Of a stretch of DNA of 64,000 nucleotides, positions 37,500 to 49,890 are shown in pieces. A model generated the notes under the pieces. The model searched no databases. It was given only the letters and a program-made list of their open reading frames with translations, and was not told the origin of the DNA. The DNA lies in assembly GCF_001447785.1 (NCBI RefSeq), contig NW_015164245.1, positions 5,386 through 69,385 on the forward strand, read 5' to 3'. The position numbers and the translations under genes were made by a program. The first letter of the stretch is position 1; every line of letters starts with the position of its first letter. The stretch comes from Gekko japonicus (Eukaryota).

Positions 37500-39116
37500 G
37501 GAATGTAAATGCCACTCCTGCGGGGGTATTGGAATATGGAACCGACTGACCCCTACGCTGGTGTAACATGGACATATGCAGGTGTAAGGGATGTTTAAGC
37601 AGGCAGAGGGCACAAGCAGTGCGGTGCACTTGCCCTGGCACAGCTGTACCACAGCCACATGCTGGCACAGTGACAGTGCAAACCTCTATACTGGGGGAAA
37701 TGTGGGTATGCCAGGGGGTGTGGTGCCAGCCAATCAGCTCCCAAAACATTTTCAACATGGGAACACCCCAGAGGACAGGCACAAAATTGCACTGGCAAAA
37801 ATGCAGTTCATCAGCACCACCACCCCTGCACTGGCAAAAATGCAGTTCATCAGCACCCCCCCCTGTGCCACACAATGATAACACACCCCAACCTACAAAT
37901 GGTTCCAGGAGGTCACTTCACAACCTCAGAGGTAGGGCACCTGGCATGGGATGCTGTCTGACAGCTCCCTGCTGTGTGGAATTAGAGCAAGTATACATGC
38001 ACCTTAGTGGCAGGCAAAACACAGACAGGGCACCTTGGGGGATCCAAAGCAATGTGAATAACAGAATGGTTGAGGGGGCCGGTTGACCTCCTGGCCACAG
38101 CCACGGGGGCTTAATGTCCCCAGGTGCACATGGCCCCCATGACAGTGACCTCGCCAACCCCTCTGGATGCCAGAGGCCACCATGGCTTCAGCCCTTGGGC
38201 CATGGGCATGTAGATGCAGACCTGACTGAGTCCTGATCCTGGTGGGTTGAGCCTAGGGACACCGCTGTGTTTGCTATGATGTGGCAATCAGGCCACTTTA
38301 TTAGTTCTGCTGACTTCTGAATGAGACCGTGTGCTAGGAGGGGGCCATATGAGGCCATAGTGAGGTTCAGGCATCATGGGTGGGCCACTAGTGGCTCTGT
38401 CATTCCCCATGCTGCAATGGATAGAGGAACTGGCAGCAGCTGCTGGGTAATTGGAGGGGCTTCTTGCCATTGTGAGGGATGCCAGTGAGAGACAGAAGCG
38501 CATCAAAAGGCTCCTGGGGGACCTCTCAGAATCTCTCCAGGCCCCCTGGCACTCTGCCCCACTTCCTGCTATGCCTGCAGTGGGGGTGGCAGATGTGTTG
38601 GCATGGGCAGTCGCCTGGCTGCTGCAGCTGGTGGTGAATGGGGGGCACTCTGACATCCCTGTTCTTGTCTGTCGTCAGGCTCTGGTACCCTGTGCACTCT
38701 GTATGTGGAGCACTACTATGGGGTACCAGAGTGGATGACGGGTGATACCCCCCTCCTCACTGACAGGTGGCTGGGGCTTATGATGGGAGCTGGTCTCTGT
38801 AAGGGTGTGTGAGGCAGAGGAGGAGCATCACTCCTGTGGCCTGTCCCTGTCCGCCCCCTGCTAGTGACAGATGCTTGGCTCTGCCTCCTCGACTCATGAC
38901 TCCTATTAGTCCTGCCTGCCCTGCCTATCATGGCACCCGCATCTTACAACAATGTTGGAATGGAACATTTTAGCAGAATTGCCACAGACTCCATCTTGGC
39001 AGTGGCTGGCAACACTCTTGGGGCACTTCCCCCCCATTTGGCTGCCACATAACTACCCCCTTAGGGATTTGCCTAGTGGTGCCACAGTGCAGGTGCAGCT
39101 CAAGATTGCTCTGCCC
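37500..39116. mobile_element. GC-rich decayed transposon remnant, possibly Harbinger-related
   Basis: Sharp GC shift, internal 39-bp duplication (37788-37866), end AGATTGCTCTGCCC similar to GCAATCC-type TIRs; no intact ORF recognised. Confidence 0.4.
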
Positions 39117-39475
39117 AAGTTCCATGCAGAAAATAATGATCATTTTATTTTAATGAAGACTTTTTTTTTACTTAATGAACTCATGGTTAGCAGTTCAAAT
39201 TATTCAGAAAAGTCATTCCTGAGAACTAGAACACAGATTATCATCACCACATAGGTCAGAGACATCTGAAACAGTCTGCCTGGTAATGTACTACTGTTGT
39301 GGCTGTAATGTGTACTCCTGGACATCATTTCATTCCTGAGCCTGGTGCAGAATATTTCTATGTTGGTGGTACTACTTCTAGAAAGGGGGCATTGTTGGTT
39401 CTCTGCAGTTTAGTCTCTCGTTGCTTCCACACATGTTGGAAAATGCACTTCCAATACACTTTCAGTGCACTTTAG

Positions 39476-39753
39476 CAAGTTTGGTGTAGTGGTTAAGTGT
39501 GCGGACTCTAAACTGGGAGAACCGGGTTTGATTCCCCACTCCTCCACTTGCACCTGCTGATGTGACCTTGGGTCAGTCACAAGCTCTGGCACAGCTGTCC
39601 TTGAAAAAGAGCAGTTTGTGTCAGAGTTCTCTCAGCCCCACCCACCTCACAGAGTGTCTGTTGTGGAGAGGGGAAGGGAAGGGAAAGGAATTTGTAAGCT
39701 GCTCTGAGACTCCAAGTGAAGGGCGGGGTATAAAGCCAATCTCTTCTTCTTCT
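39476..39753 (+). mobile_element. Squam3-like tRNA SINE, full length
   Basis: GTTTGGTGTAGTGGTTAAG A-box, GGTTTGATTCCCC B-box, CCCCACCCACCTCACAG core, GGGCGGGGTATAAA and (TCT)n tail. Confidence 0.9.
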
Positions 39754-39847
39754 TAACTGCTTAGAGAACAGAACATACATATGTTCATTCATGTTCTTTG
39801 GGAGACATTTTCTAGGTACAAAGATAGAAATTGGTTTTACATGCAAC

Positions 39848-40242
39848 CAGGGCTCTTTTTGTAGAAAAAGCCCAGCAGGAACTCATTAGCATAATAGGCC
39901 ACACCCAACACCAGAAACCCGTTAGCATATTAGGCCACACCCCTGCCAGCACAGCTCATTAGCACATTAGGATGCACCCCCATGTTACCAGAAGTGTGGT
40001 TATCCAGCCACACCCACCTTTTGCTTATTATTCTGTTTACTTAGTTTGTTGTCAAAACACAGGACTTTTTTGTAGCAGGAACTCCTTTGCATGTTAGGCC
40101 ACACACCCCTAATGTAGCCAATCCTAATGGATTTCTGCTGTTGGGTGTGGCCTATTATGCTAATGAGTCCCTGCTGGGCGTGGCCAACTTGGGAGCCAGC
40201 CGGAACTCCGTTCCTGTGCGTTCCTGCCCCAAAATAGCCCTG
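39848..40242. mobile_element. hAT MITE
   Basis: TIR CAGGGCT / AGCCCTG; perfect 8-bp TSD CATGCAAC; internal TTAGCATATTAGGCCACACC repeats. Confidence 0.92.
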
Positions 40243-41377
40243 CATGCAACACTTCAATGCAAACTAATACAACACAGCACTGAAGGAAATTTCCTAAAGC
40301 TGCAGATTGGGCCGCTATTGTTGGCTCTCGTCCTCATGACACATTTCCATGTGGCTTTGATCTTTTGAAGACTTCCAACTCTCCCTGTATTAAAACCTGC
40401 CTTGTTTCAACATTTTGTTCTATGTGCTTTGATTTTACAGGAACAGTTTTTCCAGGCTTTATGAACCTGCCTGAATGTGACTCATAAAATAATACTTGTT
40501 AGGAATACAAACAGTAAGCTGCTTGGAGAAATGTAAGCATTTGTAAATTGTCTGGGGGGAAATGTTCTGGTTAACCATAGATTTTTATATAGATTGTGAT
40601 ATTCAGAAATTGGAATTCTAATTTTCTTGTGAAAGGTTGCCTAAGTACTAAAATTGGGGGTTTCTAAGGAAGCAATGAAAGACAGCAGGAGCTCATATCG
40701 CTCCCCCCCCACTGCAGCTTTAATGAAAGATAAAAAGCCATAGGCATTTAAGAAATGTGATGGAGCTTTTGAAAAAACCCTTGCCTTCTTTTAATGAAAT
40801 AAAAACCTTGACCCTCGTGAAATCCATTGAAATTATCAGGGGATATCAAATTCAGCCTGTTTCTTAATGAGATTCATAAACTACTCAATTTAGAACCACT
40901 GTGCCATAAACCACATTTCCTTCTCACATCTGTTCATAAACAGAGAGAGATTAATCTCTTGAGAAAATTCACCCCCTTATTACATATAGGCACGAATTGC
41001 TAAAGACAAAATACGTTTTTTAAAATAATACCCTGTAGGAAGATATCATGGCATAAAACACAGTTATCAGCCATCACTCTGCCCCAAAGCTCCATGTCAG
41101 TTATCATTGTTAATAAGGCTTAGAGGAATCTGCAGAGTGCTGCTGTCTTCATCCATATTGCATTTGTGATGGAGGCATTCAAGCAGAACTCTTGACTAAC
41201 AAACCGTGTTATCAAAACATAGAATGGGAAGGACCAGTCTTTCCTTATCTACTTCATTTTGCAAAAGTGCCTTAGCTGCTGCAATTTTCTCACAGAAAAA
41301 AAAATGAGAAATGGTGGTTAGCAACTGCAATTGCATACATTTAAATAACCAAATATTTGCAAAGGTTTTTCATTTGA

Positions 41378-41545
41378 AACCTATGAAGCTGTACTGTTTT
41401 GAATCCAATTATTGGTCCATAAAGCATTGAACTGTCTAGTCAACTAGCAGTGGTTCTCCAGGATACCAATTTTCAGCATCGCTACCTCAAATCCTTTAAC
41501 TAGATATGGAGCCCAGGATCTCATCTATGTAAAGCATGCATTGTT
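41378..41545 (-). mobile_element. Decayed SINE with a CR1-like tail (same family as 53228-53400)
   Basis: ATGAAGCTG..TTGGTCCAT..CAGTGGTTCTCCAGG pattern. Confidence 0.45.
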
Positions 41546-41794
41546 CTGTGTCAATAATACTTTATCAAATGTTATCCTCTGAGGTTCATCAGTATAAGAA
41601 TTACTTACACTAACCCGTTTTACCCTTTCCAAAATCAAATATCTTCTTCAGATGTAGGGACAAAGAAAACTTATTCTTTAATTAATATGATCAATCCAAG
41701 GGATATCCCTGCCAATAATTAATGTGACAGAAGCTATACACTTCCCATTGTTCTCAGCTTTGTTTGATTGATCAAAAGTGTGATTTCATCTGTA

Positions 41795-42147
41795 AGGTAA
41801 ACGTGAAGGTTCCCTTGCTCGAAAGCCAGTCCAGTCCGACTCTAGGGTTGTGGTGCTCATCTCCATTTCAAAGCCGAAGAGCCAGCGCTGTCCAAAGACG
41901 TTTCCGTGGTCATGTGGCCGGCATGACTAAACACCAAGGTGCATGGAACGCTGTTACCTTCCCACCGAAGTGGTACCTATTTATCTACTTGCAATTTCTT
42001 GCTTTCGAACTGCTAGGTTGGCAGGAGCTGGAACTAGAGACGGGAGCTCACTCCGTCCTGCGGCAACTTGGGTCTCGAACTGCTGAACTACTGACCTTCC
42101 ACAGCCTGCAGTTCAGCGTCTTAACCACTTGAGCCACCGCAGCTCCT
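41795..42147 (-). mobile_element. Sauria SINE, full length
   Basis: GTGGTCATGTGGCCGGCATGAC..TTACCTTCCCACCGAAGTGGTACCTATTTATCTACT core; 14-bp TSD TGATTTCATCTGTA (41781-41794, 42148-42161). Confidence 0.95.
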
Positions 42148-42466
42148 TGATTTCATCTGTACTATACTCAATAAGTACAACTGTACCATGCTCAATAAGT
42201 TTGTCCATCTTATCCTAAAGCTATTCTGAACTATACAGTGGTCACTTCCAAGGAGGAAGCTTATAGTGAGATTTCACTCTGAAAGCAAACTCAGCCCTAG
42301 CCTCCTTATTATGAAACTTAGTGCAATCCATTTTTTTTAATGAAGAAGCTGTTTCCTCCTCAATATATATTATATGATCTCTTCTTGGCCATTGGATTTA
42401 AAATACTGGGTTAGAAAATTCAAATGTTTTCTGAACACACCTCCATTGGGAGGATCCCTCCCTTCT

Positions 42467-42963
42467 TGTGCTAACCATATTTTGGTGCTGTCAGTTTCGG
42501 CAGCACAGGTCATCTGTCAGGGAATGATAGAAGAAAATGCATGAGCCAGAATCTCCCCTCTCCCTAAACACTCACTAGTACTGAATGCAAGGTTTTTCCC
42601 TTCCGGCATACTTCAGCATATGGTCAGCTTCATTCAGGTTTTATATGGGTTGCTACTTAACAGGTAAACAATCTTAACAGGTAAACAATCATTCAGGTTT
42701 TATATGGGTTGCTACATGGAGGCATGTTGGGTCCAACTTACATAGTAGCAACCCTTGTAGGTGCTTTCTAAAATTTAGGAGACCTGGCCCATATAAAACC
42801 TGAATGTGCTAACCATATTTTGGTGCTGTCAGTTTAGGGATCATCTGTCAGGGGATGATAGAAGAAAATGTGTGAGCCAGAATCTCCCCTCTCTCTAAAC
42901 ACTCACTACTACTGAATGCAAGGTTTTTCCCTCCTGGCATACTTCAGCATATGGTCAGCTTCA
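42467..42963. repeat. Direct duplication of ~165 bp around a spacer with inverted ends
   Basis: 42467-42632 vs 42805-42963; spacer bounded by CATTCAGGTTTTATATGGG / CCCATATAAAACCTGAATG. Confidence 0.9.
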
Positions 42964-43343
42964 GAAGGACTACCTGTGAAATAGGATAAAATTCCAGAGG
43001 CTATGAGTATTGCGGTTTTTTACCCAATGAAATCCTCGAATTAAGTAATTGAAAGAGCCACAAAAATATAGTAACTAGACTGCATATGGACAGCTCAAAC
43101 ATGCCCAGTAGGGAATAACTAAATCTGTACATATGAAGAAATACAGTCCTCCCACACACACACACACACACACACACATACCACTGTTATAACAACCACC
43201 TTTTATGGACTGTATTGTTGTTTTTGTTGACTCTCTCTCACACACACACACCACTGTTATAACAACCACCTTTAAAGAATAAAGAAACACTTTTGAAGAA
43301 TAAGGAATTTCATGGGGGAAGAAAAAGTATTTTAAGCTTATCT

Positions 43344-43630
43344 CAGGGGTCCCCCAACACAGTGCCTTTGGGTACTATGGCTCCCACCAACACCTCTTCT
43401 GGTGCCCACCAAGTGTTTTTAGGAAGCGGCTGGGGCTACTTCCTGATCATTTGCCTCGGCAATGTTGGGGCCCAGCCTGCCTGCTCCTCCTTTCAGTTCC
43501 ACAGGTCTACTACAGGTTCATAGAAGCCCCCAGCTCCCCCCAGCCCTAGGTAAGTTGGGGGCTGCCAACCGGGGGACAGGGGTTACAGTGGAGTCTGGGG
43601 TGGCCAGCCCCAGACACCTCCCTAGGCAAC
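43344..43630. mobile_element. Decayed hAT-Charlie-like MITE
   Basis: Starts CAGGGGTCCCCCAAC..GTGCC; right end not resolved. Confidence 0.45.
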
Positions 43631-44323
43631 CAAGTGTGTTATGGTCAAGATCAGCTCTGGTTGGCTGCCTTCATGTGTTGTTTGTTTTTATTTAAAAAAT
43701 GGAAGATGAAAGGAGACAAGTCTTGTAATAGGTAGATATTGCCTAAAGCGTAGCCACCAATAGCAGGCAATGTATGCAATCCAAAGTATAGAAAAAAGAC
43801 AAACTGAATGGTCCATATGCCCTTTAATGACTTGACCTGATCATGACCTTGGGGAAAATATGGGTAAAATGATTTTCTTACTTCACAGGTATGAATTATT
43901 TACCCAAGCAGCCTGGCTTGGTGAACATAAGAATAGGATGAAATGGCATATGGCCTGGCTTAGTATTTGGCTTGTAGCATGAAATGTTTTTCACGAAATG
44001 TTTGAATGACAATTATGTTTGGGATGAACTACCCATCATACCAAAGCCATAATTCAAAGGTTCTGGTTATAAATGTCCAAGAGAACCAAGTGCAGAGTAG
44101 AACTTCCTGTACAGTAGTTCTGTCTACCACAGTAAATGAAGCAAGGCACAGTTTTCATTTGGTTGAGGACCCTCAGCACTGAACTCTACGAAGAAAGCTC
44201 TGGCTGTGGTTAATGTTTTCCAACCTCTGCTAAAATTGATCTGTTTGGTTCAAACTAAAAGCCACAGCTATATTTGCATGGTTTTTTCAGTTTTTTTGTT
44301 TAAGAGATTTCTTTCACTGCGGT

Positions 44324-44675
44324 GAGCTGCGGTGGCTCAAGTGGTTAAGACGCTGAACTGCAGGCTGTGGAAGGTCAGTAGTTCAGCAGTTCGAGACCCG
44401 GGTGCCGCATGACAGAGTGAGCTCCCATCTCTAGTTCCAGCTCCTGCCAAACTAGCAGTTTGAAAGCAAGAAATTGCAAGTAGATAAATAGGTACCACTT
44501 CGGTGGGAAGGTAACAGTGTTCCATGCGCCTTGGTGTTTAGTCATGCCAGCCACATGACCACGGAAACATCTTCGGACAGCGCTGGCTCTTCGGCTTTGA
44601 AACAGAGATGAGCACCGCAACCCTAGAGTTGGATTCGACTGGCTTTCGAGCAAGGGAACCTTTCCCTTTACCTTT
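44324..44675 (+). mobile_element. Sauria SINE, full length
   Basis: GAGCTGCGGTGGCTCAAGTGGTTAAGACG head, (ACCTTT)-type tail, TTTCACT on both flanks; near-identical reverse complement of 41795-42147. Confidence 0.95.
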
Positions 44676-44679
44676 TCAC

Positions 44680-44990
44680 TCCTTATCTCCTCAAACTAAA
44701 GGTGGCTTACAATGCAGCAACCTAATAGTGCAGTTAATCAGAAGAAAACCCAGATTAAAATGTAGAGATTATATATTTAAAAAGCACTCAATTTAAAACA
44801 CAGTAACTTAAAGACACACAGAATTAAAATGAACACAGACATATCTGCTAAAGAATTTAACCTCCACCAAATGCTGTCTGGAATGTTTCTTTTACATACT
44901 TTCCTAAATGCAGCAAGTGAAGGTGCCCCATCACCTATTCTGGTAGGTCGTTCGACAGGACTGGACTCCACCACAGGGAAAGCCTGTAGC
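44680..44990 (-). mobile_element. L2 3' fragment
   Basis: APSLAAFRKVCK motif; GGTGGCTTACA tail complement. Confidence 0.6.
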
Positions 44991-46536
44991 TGTATGTTCA
45001 GTCCTAAGGGTGGACACTTTGAAGAGAAGGCTGTCTTCAGTGCAGTTGTACATGGTGCAGGTGTATATGTTCTGTTCTTTCATCTTATTTTTTAAAAATC
45101 CCCTAGGAATTACACTCATTAAACGTCACATTGTATGGATTTACACCATCAATACCCATCTATTCTGAAGGCTCATGTTAGAAATAGTTGTATAGTGCTA
45201 TTCTATTAACTCATGTGGGTGGTGAAGAGGAGGAGAGGGACAAAGAGAAAATCAATGGCTTGCCCAATTTAACCAAATGGTTTTCTGAATGAACTTTGAT
45301 TTCAATTGGAAATATTTCTTTTGCATTTGAAGGCCTGCAGTACATAGCTACTGTGTTTTAAGTGGTAATAAATAGCTATACATCCCTTCAAGCTGTTAGG
45401 TTGTTAGGCTACACACTACTAAATGCCTAGTGGGTTTATTTTTTCTTATCATTGTAATAGGAAACCTTTTTAACCAGCAGAGTAAATATGAGAGAATTTA
45501 CTGGCCCAACAAAACTGTTTCCAGTATGTGCAATTTCTGTGTTGTCTCCCTGTTTTTGGACATTTTGTATATAAATCTGTTTACACAGCACAATTTCCAT
45601 GATAGGACAAGATAAGTAATCGTGAGGCACCATTTGCATTTCCTTCCTGAAAACCTAGATAATAATAATAATAATCTTGATACTGCACAGAAAAGTGAGT
45701 TAATTTATTCTTCTTCCAGTGGACACCAGAGGTTTCCCCTCCCCCATGGGAAACTTTTTTTTGTAGAATAAGGGTTTTTTAAGCTCTGTGATATGCATGG
45801 AAACAAAAAGCAAATGCAGATAATTAGGGTGGGTTTTTAAAATGCAGTTTATTTTGTTCATACAGGGGACTGTCGCTCAAAACGCTAGTTTTGCCACTAT
45901 TTAACCTTGTATTTTTTCTGTTGGTTTCCTTCTATAATCATACCATAGTGCAGTATAGTAATTCATACAGTGGTACACAAACCCATTTTGTAGATGCTTA
46001 ATTTTTTCTGTGACATATTATGCATTTTAATAGATTTATACTTCTGGACTTTCTCAGTCTCTCACGTCTCAGATAGCTTGTCTTTCTTCCCGTACGGCGT
46101 CATTTTTCCTGCAGCTCTTGTCACCTTTCTTAAATGACACTTCTGACTGAGGTGAAAGTTGCACTCTCTTCTCCTCAAGCCCTAATTAATTGTGCCAGCA
46201 GCCATAACATTTTATTATGAGATTCATCTAACTTTTATTTGCCATGAAATAGAGCTGCATTAGCTCTAGGGTGAGAGTCTGTTCTAAAAACGAATCACAC
46301 AAGGTAACATAAAAACACTTTTACAGTGCTGGGGGGGGCTGGCTTTTGTGTTTCACAAGTTACACTCTAGCATAACAACAGAGATTGTTCATATGTTACT
46401 TTTCATGTTCCTGCGATGTACACCTTCCTCTTCTTTATGTGTCATTTGTTAGCTTGAATATTTACACTATTTTATACCTTGCATGCCAGGTATGGTATCT
46501 GTGTAAGAATGTAACTGTGTGTGAGTGAGAGAGACT

Positions 46537-46748
46537 GAATTTATACCCTGCCCTTCACTACCCGAAGGAGTCTCAGAGTGGCTTCAATCCTTTTCCCTTC
46601 CCCTCCCACAACATACACCCTGTGAGGTTAGTGGAGCTGAGAGAGCTCTCTTGAGAACTGCCCTTGAGAGAACAGCTCTGAGTGGGGAATCAAACCCATT
46701 TCTCCCAGATTAGAGTCCATGCTCCTAACCACTACACCAAACTGGCTC
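46537..46748 (-). mobile_element. Squam3-like SINE
   Basis: Reverse complement of the 39476 family (ends AACCACTACACCAAACTGGC). Confidence 0.85.
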
Positions 46749-47014
46749 CAAACGGTGTTAACTTAAGACATTGCTTGCTGCAACAGCGGGGGAGCTTGGG
46801 GACTGGATTCACCTAGAGAGCTCTGAGAATAGCACAAGCCCGTAGCTATATGTTGTGTGAGACACAACTTTGTATATAGATGTTCACATGGCATTGTGTA
46901 TACATTTTAAAACACCTATGTTATGACAATTTGAGCTGTAATTTCTCAGTTAAGACAGGCAAGTTATTATAATCGTTGGTCCTAATTAATGCATTTATGG
47001 GAAGGGGCCACATA

Positions 47015-47144
47015 GTCTGATCTAAGCAGGGCAGAGGAGGCCAATACGGAGGAAGGCACTGGGAAACCAGCTCTGCTTCTCACTTTCCTTGAAAACCCCT
47101 TGCAGGGGTTGTCATAGGTCAGTTGCGACTTGACGGCACTTACA
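47015..47144 (+). mobile_element. Internally deleted 5S-derived SINE
   Basis: GATCTAAGCAGGG head remnant; tail CCTTGAAAACCCC..GGGGTTGTCATAGGTCAGTTGCGACTTGACGGCAC as at 62680-62722. Confidence 0.7.
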
Positions 47145-48734
47145 TCTTATATATATATAAAAGAAAGTCCCCTCACCATAAAATCAACACCCAGGCCAAA
47201 CCGCTGGACCTAGAGGCACCAAATTCGGGGAGAGCGCTCCTTCCATGGTGTAGGTGCTCACTAAGAAGGGATTTTCAGAAATTCAACTCCTAAGCGGGTC
47301 AAAAGGGGTAAAATATGCTCCCCCCATTGATTCATATGCGGCTGCCAGGCAGCTGCCTCACTGCACCCCCCACTCTCTGATTGGTCAGCTGCAGAGCTCA
47401 GTGTTCTGAGGTAAAAAAAAAAACCGTTACATGGGACTGCAGAGAGCTAATAACAGTTGAGGAAACCAGGAGTGGCCAACCACCTGTGAGGTGAAGCAAA
47501 GCTGCTGGCCCAGCCTCTCTGATGGCTTCAAACACACTCCCCTACCTCCTACACCTAACAGGCGGATGTCTGTCAGGTGCAGCAGTGGTTGCAGGGTGCT
47601 TAAAGCCCCGAGGGAGCCCACCCCAGCAGTAACAACTTAGTGATCCTGCTGGCCCTGCCTTCACAGTGGCTTCTAATACTCTTCCTCCCTCCCCCCTCCC
47701 CCCTACACTGGACATGGGGGACAGCTGCCTGTCAGGTGTAGGAGAGGAGGTGGGATGCTTACAGCTGCCAGGGAGGTTTGCTCAGCAGGATTGCCTTAGC
47801 CCTGCTGCTGGTCCAGCCTCTGTGATGCCTTTAAACATAATCCCCCCCCCAACACCAGACAGTTGGGTGTCTGTCAGGTGTAGTAGCAGGACCAGGATAC
47901 TTTAATCCATCAGGGATGCCACCCCAGCAGGATCACCTTAGTGGTGCTGCCGGCCCAGTTTAGCCACACTCCCACCCACAATAAAAATATACCCCAAATT
48001 TGTATAAAACTGGTTTCCTTTATTAGGTTATTTAACTTCTCACAATGTGGGTTCTAGAAAATTGGTTCATATGAACTTGGTTAATAGCTGATTGCTCAGA
48101 TTGTGTTTTGAATGTGTAGTTATGTCCCACTTCTTAAACGTAACATAAATGAGAGGCAATTTTTTTTAAAGGGGGGGTATGCCTTCCCCCCAATTCAATG
48201 CCCAGGCCAAACCCCTGCAACCCGAAACCCAACATAAGGGAAGTGCATTCCTTCCATGACATCAAACCCCCCCCCAAAACAGATTTCTGGGAAACATGAC
48301 CCCTAAGGGCAAAATGTGTTCCCCCAATGGTTTTCCATGTGCCTGGCAGGCTGCTGCTAGCTCTAATACACAAACCATATGAACACTACGTACTCCCCCC
48401 ACCCCCCACCCCATTAGTAAACTGTGTAGCTCATAGTTCTGAGGTAAAACCTCAGGAGTTGACTTAACAGGTGACTGCTTCTTAAATGTTGCCTGCTCCA
48501 AAGTGAGCTCACCAAGCAGCCTGGTGATCCTAGCACTTGAGGGCAGAACCCCCAATGTGGTCTACAGACAGGTCCTTCAGTAGGAAAAAAACCCCAAGTA
48601 TGTATGTCTCGCTTCATTTTTTACATTACAATCTTCTCCATTAGAATTCCTACAACAAATGTTACACTTCAAACTTTACATCATCAGTATTATAACTGGA
48701 CTTACGGAAGTTAAACACCATAGCAAAACACTAG
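47145..48734 (+). mobile_element. Probable non-autonomous Helitron
   Basis: Starts A|TCTTATATATATATAAAAG and ends CTAG|T with no TSD; subterminal AAACCGCTGGACCTAGAGGCACCAAATT; removal restores the SINE tail TTACA-TACAT. Confidence 0.65.
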
Positions 48735-49488
48735 TACATTATAGATACATTATAGATATAGGCTAGTACATTATAGATACAGTTCTTTATTTGAGTGTTA
48801 TCCTGCACTTCCTTCAAGGAGTTCTGGGTTGACATTTACTTATGGTGACCAAGTAATATTGTGACTGTTGAACTATAAATAAAGTGCATTGTGTTCACTC
48901 AGTTTATCCTTGTTAGGCTTTTATAGAAATTAGCAGATTTATAGATGTGGTCCATTTTCTAGATGTGGTCCATGACAAGGCTTTACAGATACAGGATATC
49001 TTAGGTTGTGCTCAGTGAATCAAGGCAGATGCAGTTGTGATGGTACCCGTGCATGATAAAGACATTGTTTAGGCATAGTGTGTAGCAATGTGGATCCAAA
49101 TATCTGTGACATAGTTCCTCTGTCTTTTTATAATCATAGTGAAGTTGGTAATTGAGTTCAGAATCTGACACAGACAAAATACTGTGTTGCAGTTCTGGAA
49201 GGTGACCAGTACTCCAAAATTCCAACATTCACATCTGAACAAATGAAAAATTAGCAGTTCAGAGATAATTAGTAATCTCTGCCCTCATGAACCATCCACT
49301 CCAATCCTGCCGTACTGAGACACAGGAGTATGATATTACCCTAAAGTTGTGGCTCTTGCTGAAAATAATACCTGCATTTCTAGCTCTCTTTTCTCCAAAC
49401 AATGTTGTTCTCTCTCACCTACCAGTGGAAGACGATGATGTAAAATGAAGTTAGAAGAGTACCCATCATCAAGAAGTTAGAATACAGG

Positions 49489-49890
49489 CAGGGCTTTTTT
49501 TTCTGGGGGAACATGCCAGAACAGAGTTCCATAACCTCTTTGACAGAATTCTTTTAAAAATGTTTTAAAATTCATGAGTTTTCAGTTTACAGATTGAAAA
49601 TTTCATTTCACTCTTGAGAGTTCTAGCACCTCTTTTTCAAAGGAAGGAAGGAAGGAAGGAAGGAGGGAGGGAGGGAGGGAGGGAGGGAAGGAAGGAAGGA
49701 AGGAANNNNNNNNNNNNNNNNNNNNNNNNNNNNNNNNNNNNNNNNNNNNNNNNNNNNNNNNNNNNNNNNNNNNNNNNNNNNNNNNNNNNNNNNNNNNNNN
49801 NNNNNNNNNNNNNNNNNNNNNNNAAGGAAGGAAGGAAGGAAGGAAGGAAGGAAGGAAGGAAGGAAGGAAGGAAGGAAGGAAGGAGCCCTG
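49489..49890. mobile_element. hAT MITE with an expanded (AAGG)n microsatellite spanning a gap
   Basis: TIR CAGGGCT / AGCCCTG; perfect 8-bp TSD AATACAGG (49481-49488, 49891-49898). Confidence 0.9.

Noticed and set aside
37498-37520. miR-1/206-like seed TGGAATGTAA
   Set aside because: The match ends after ~11 nt and there is no precursor hairpin
39476-39545. tRNA gene
   Set aside because: The A/B boxes belong to a SINE head that continues into the SINE body
39880-40190. CRISPR-like spaced repeats (TTAGCATATTAGGCCACACC)
   Set aside because: Internal subterminal repeats of a hAT MITE with irregular spacing, in eukaryotic DNA with no cas genes
41764-44653. Paralogous ORFs (LESQS.PTLGL...) resembling a duplicated gene
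   Set aside because: They are antisense readings of two Sauria SINEs
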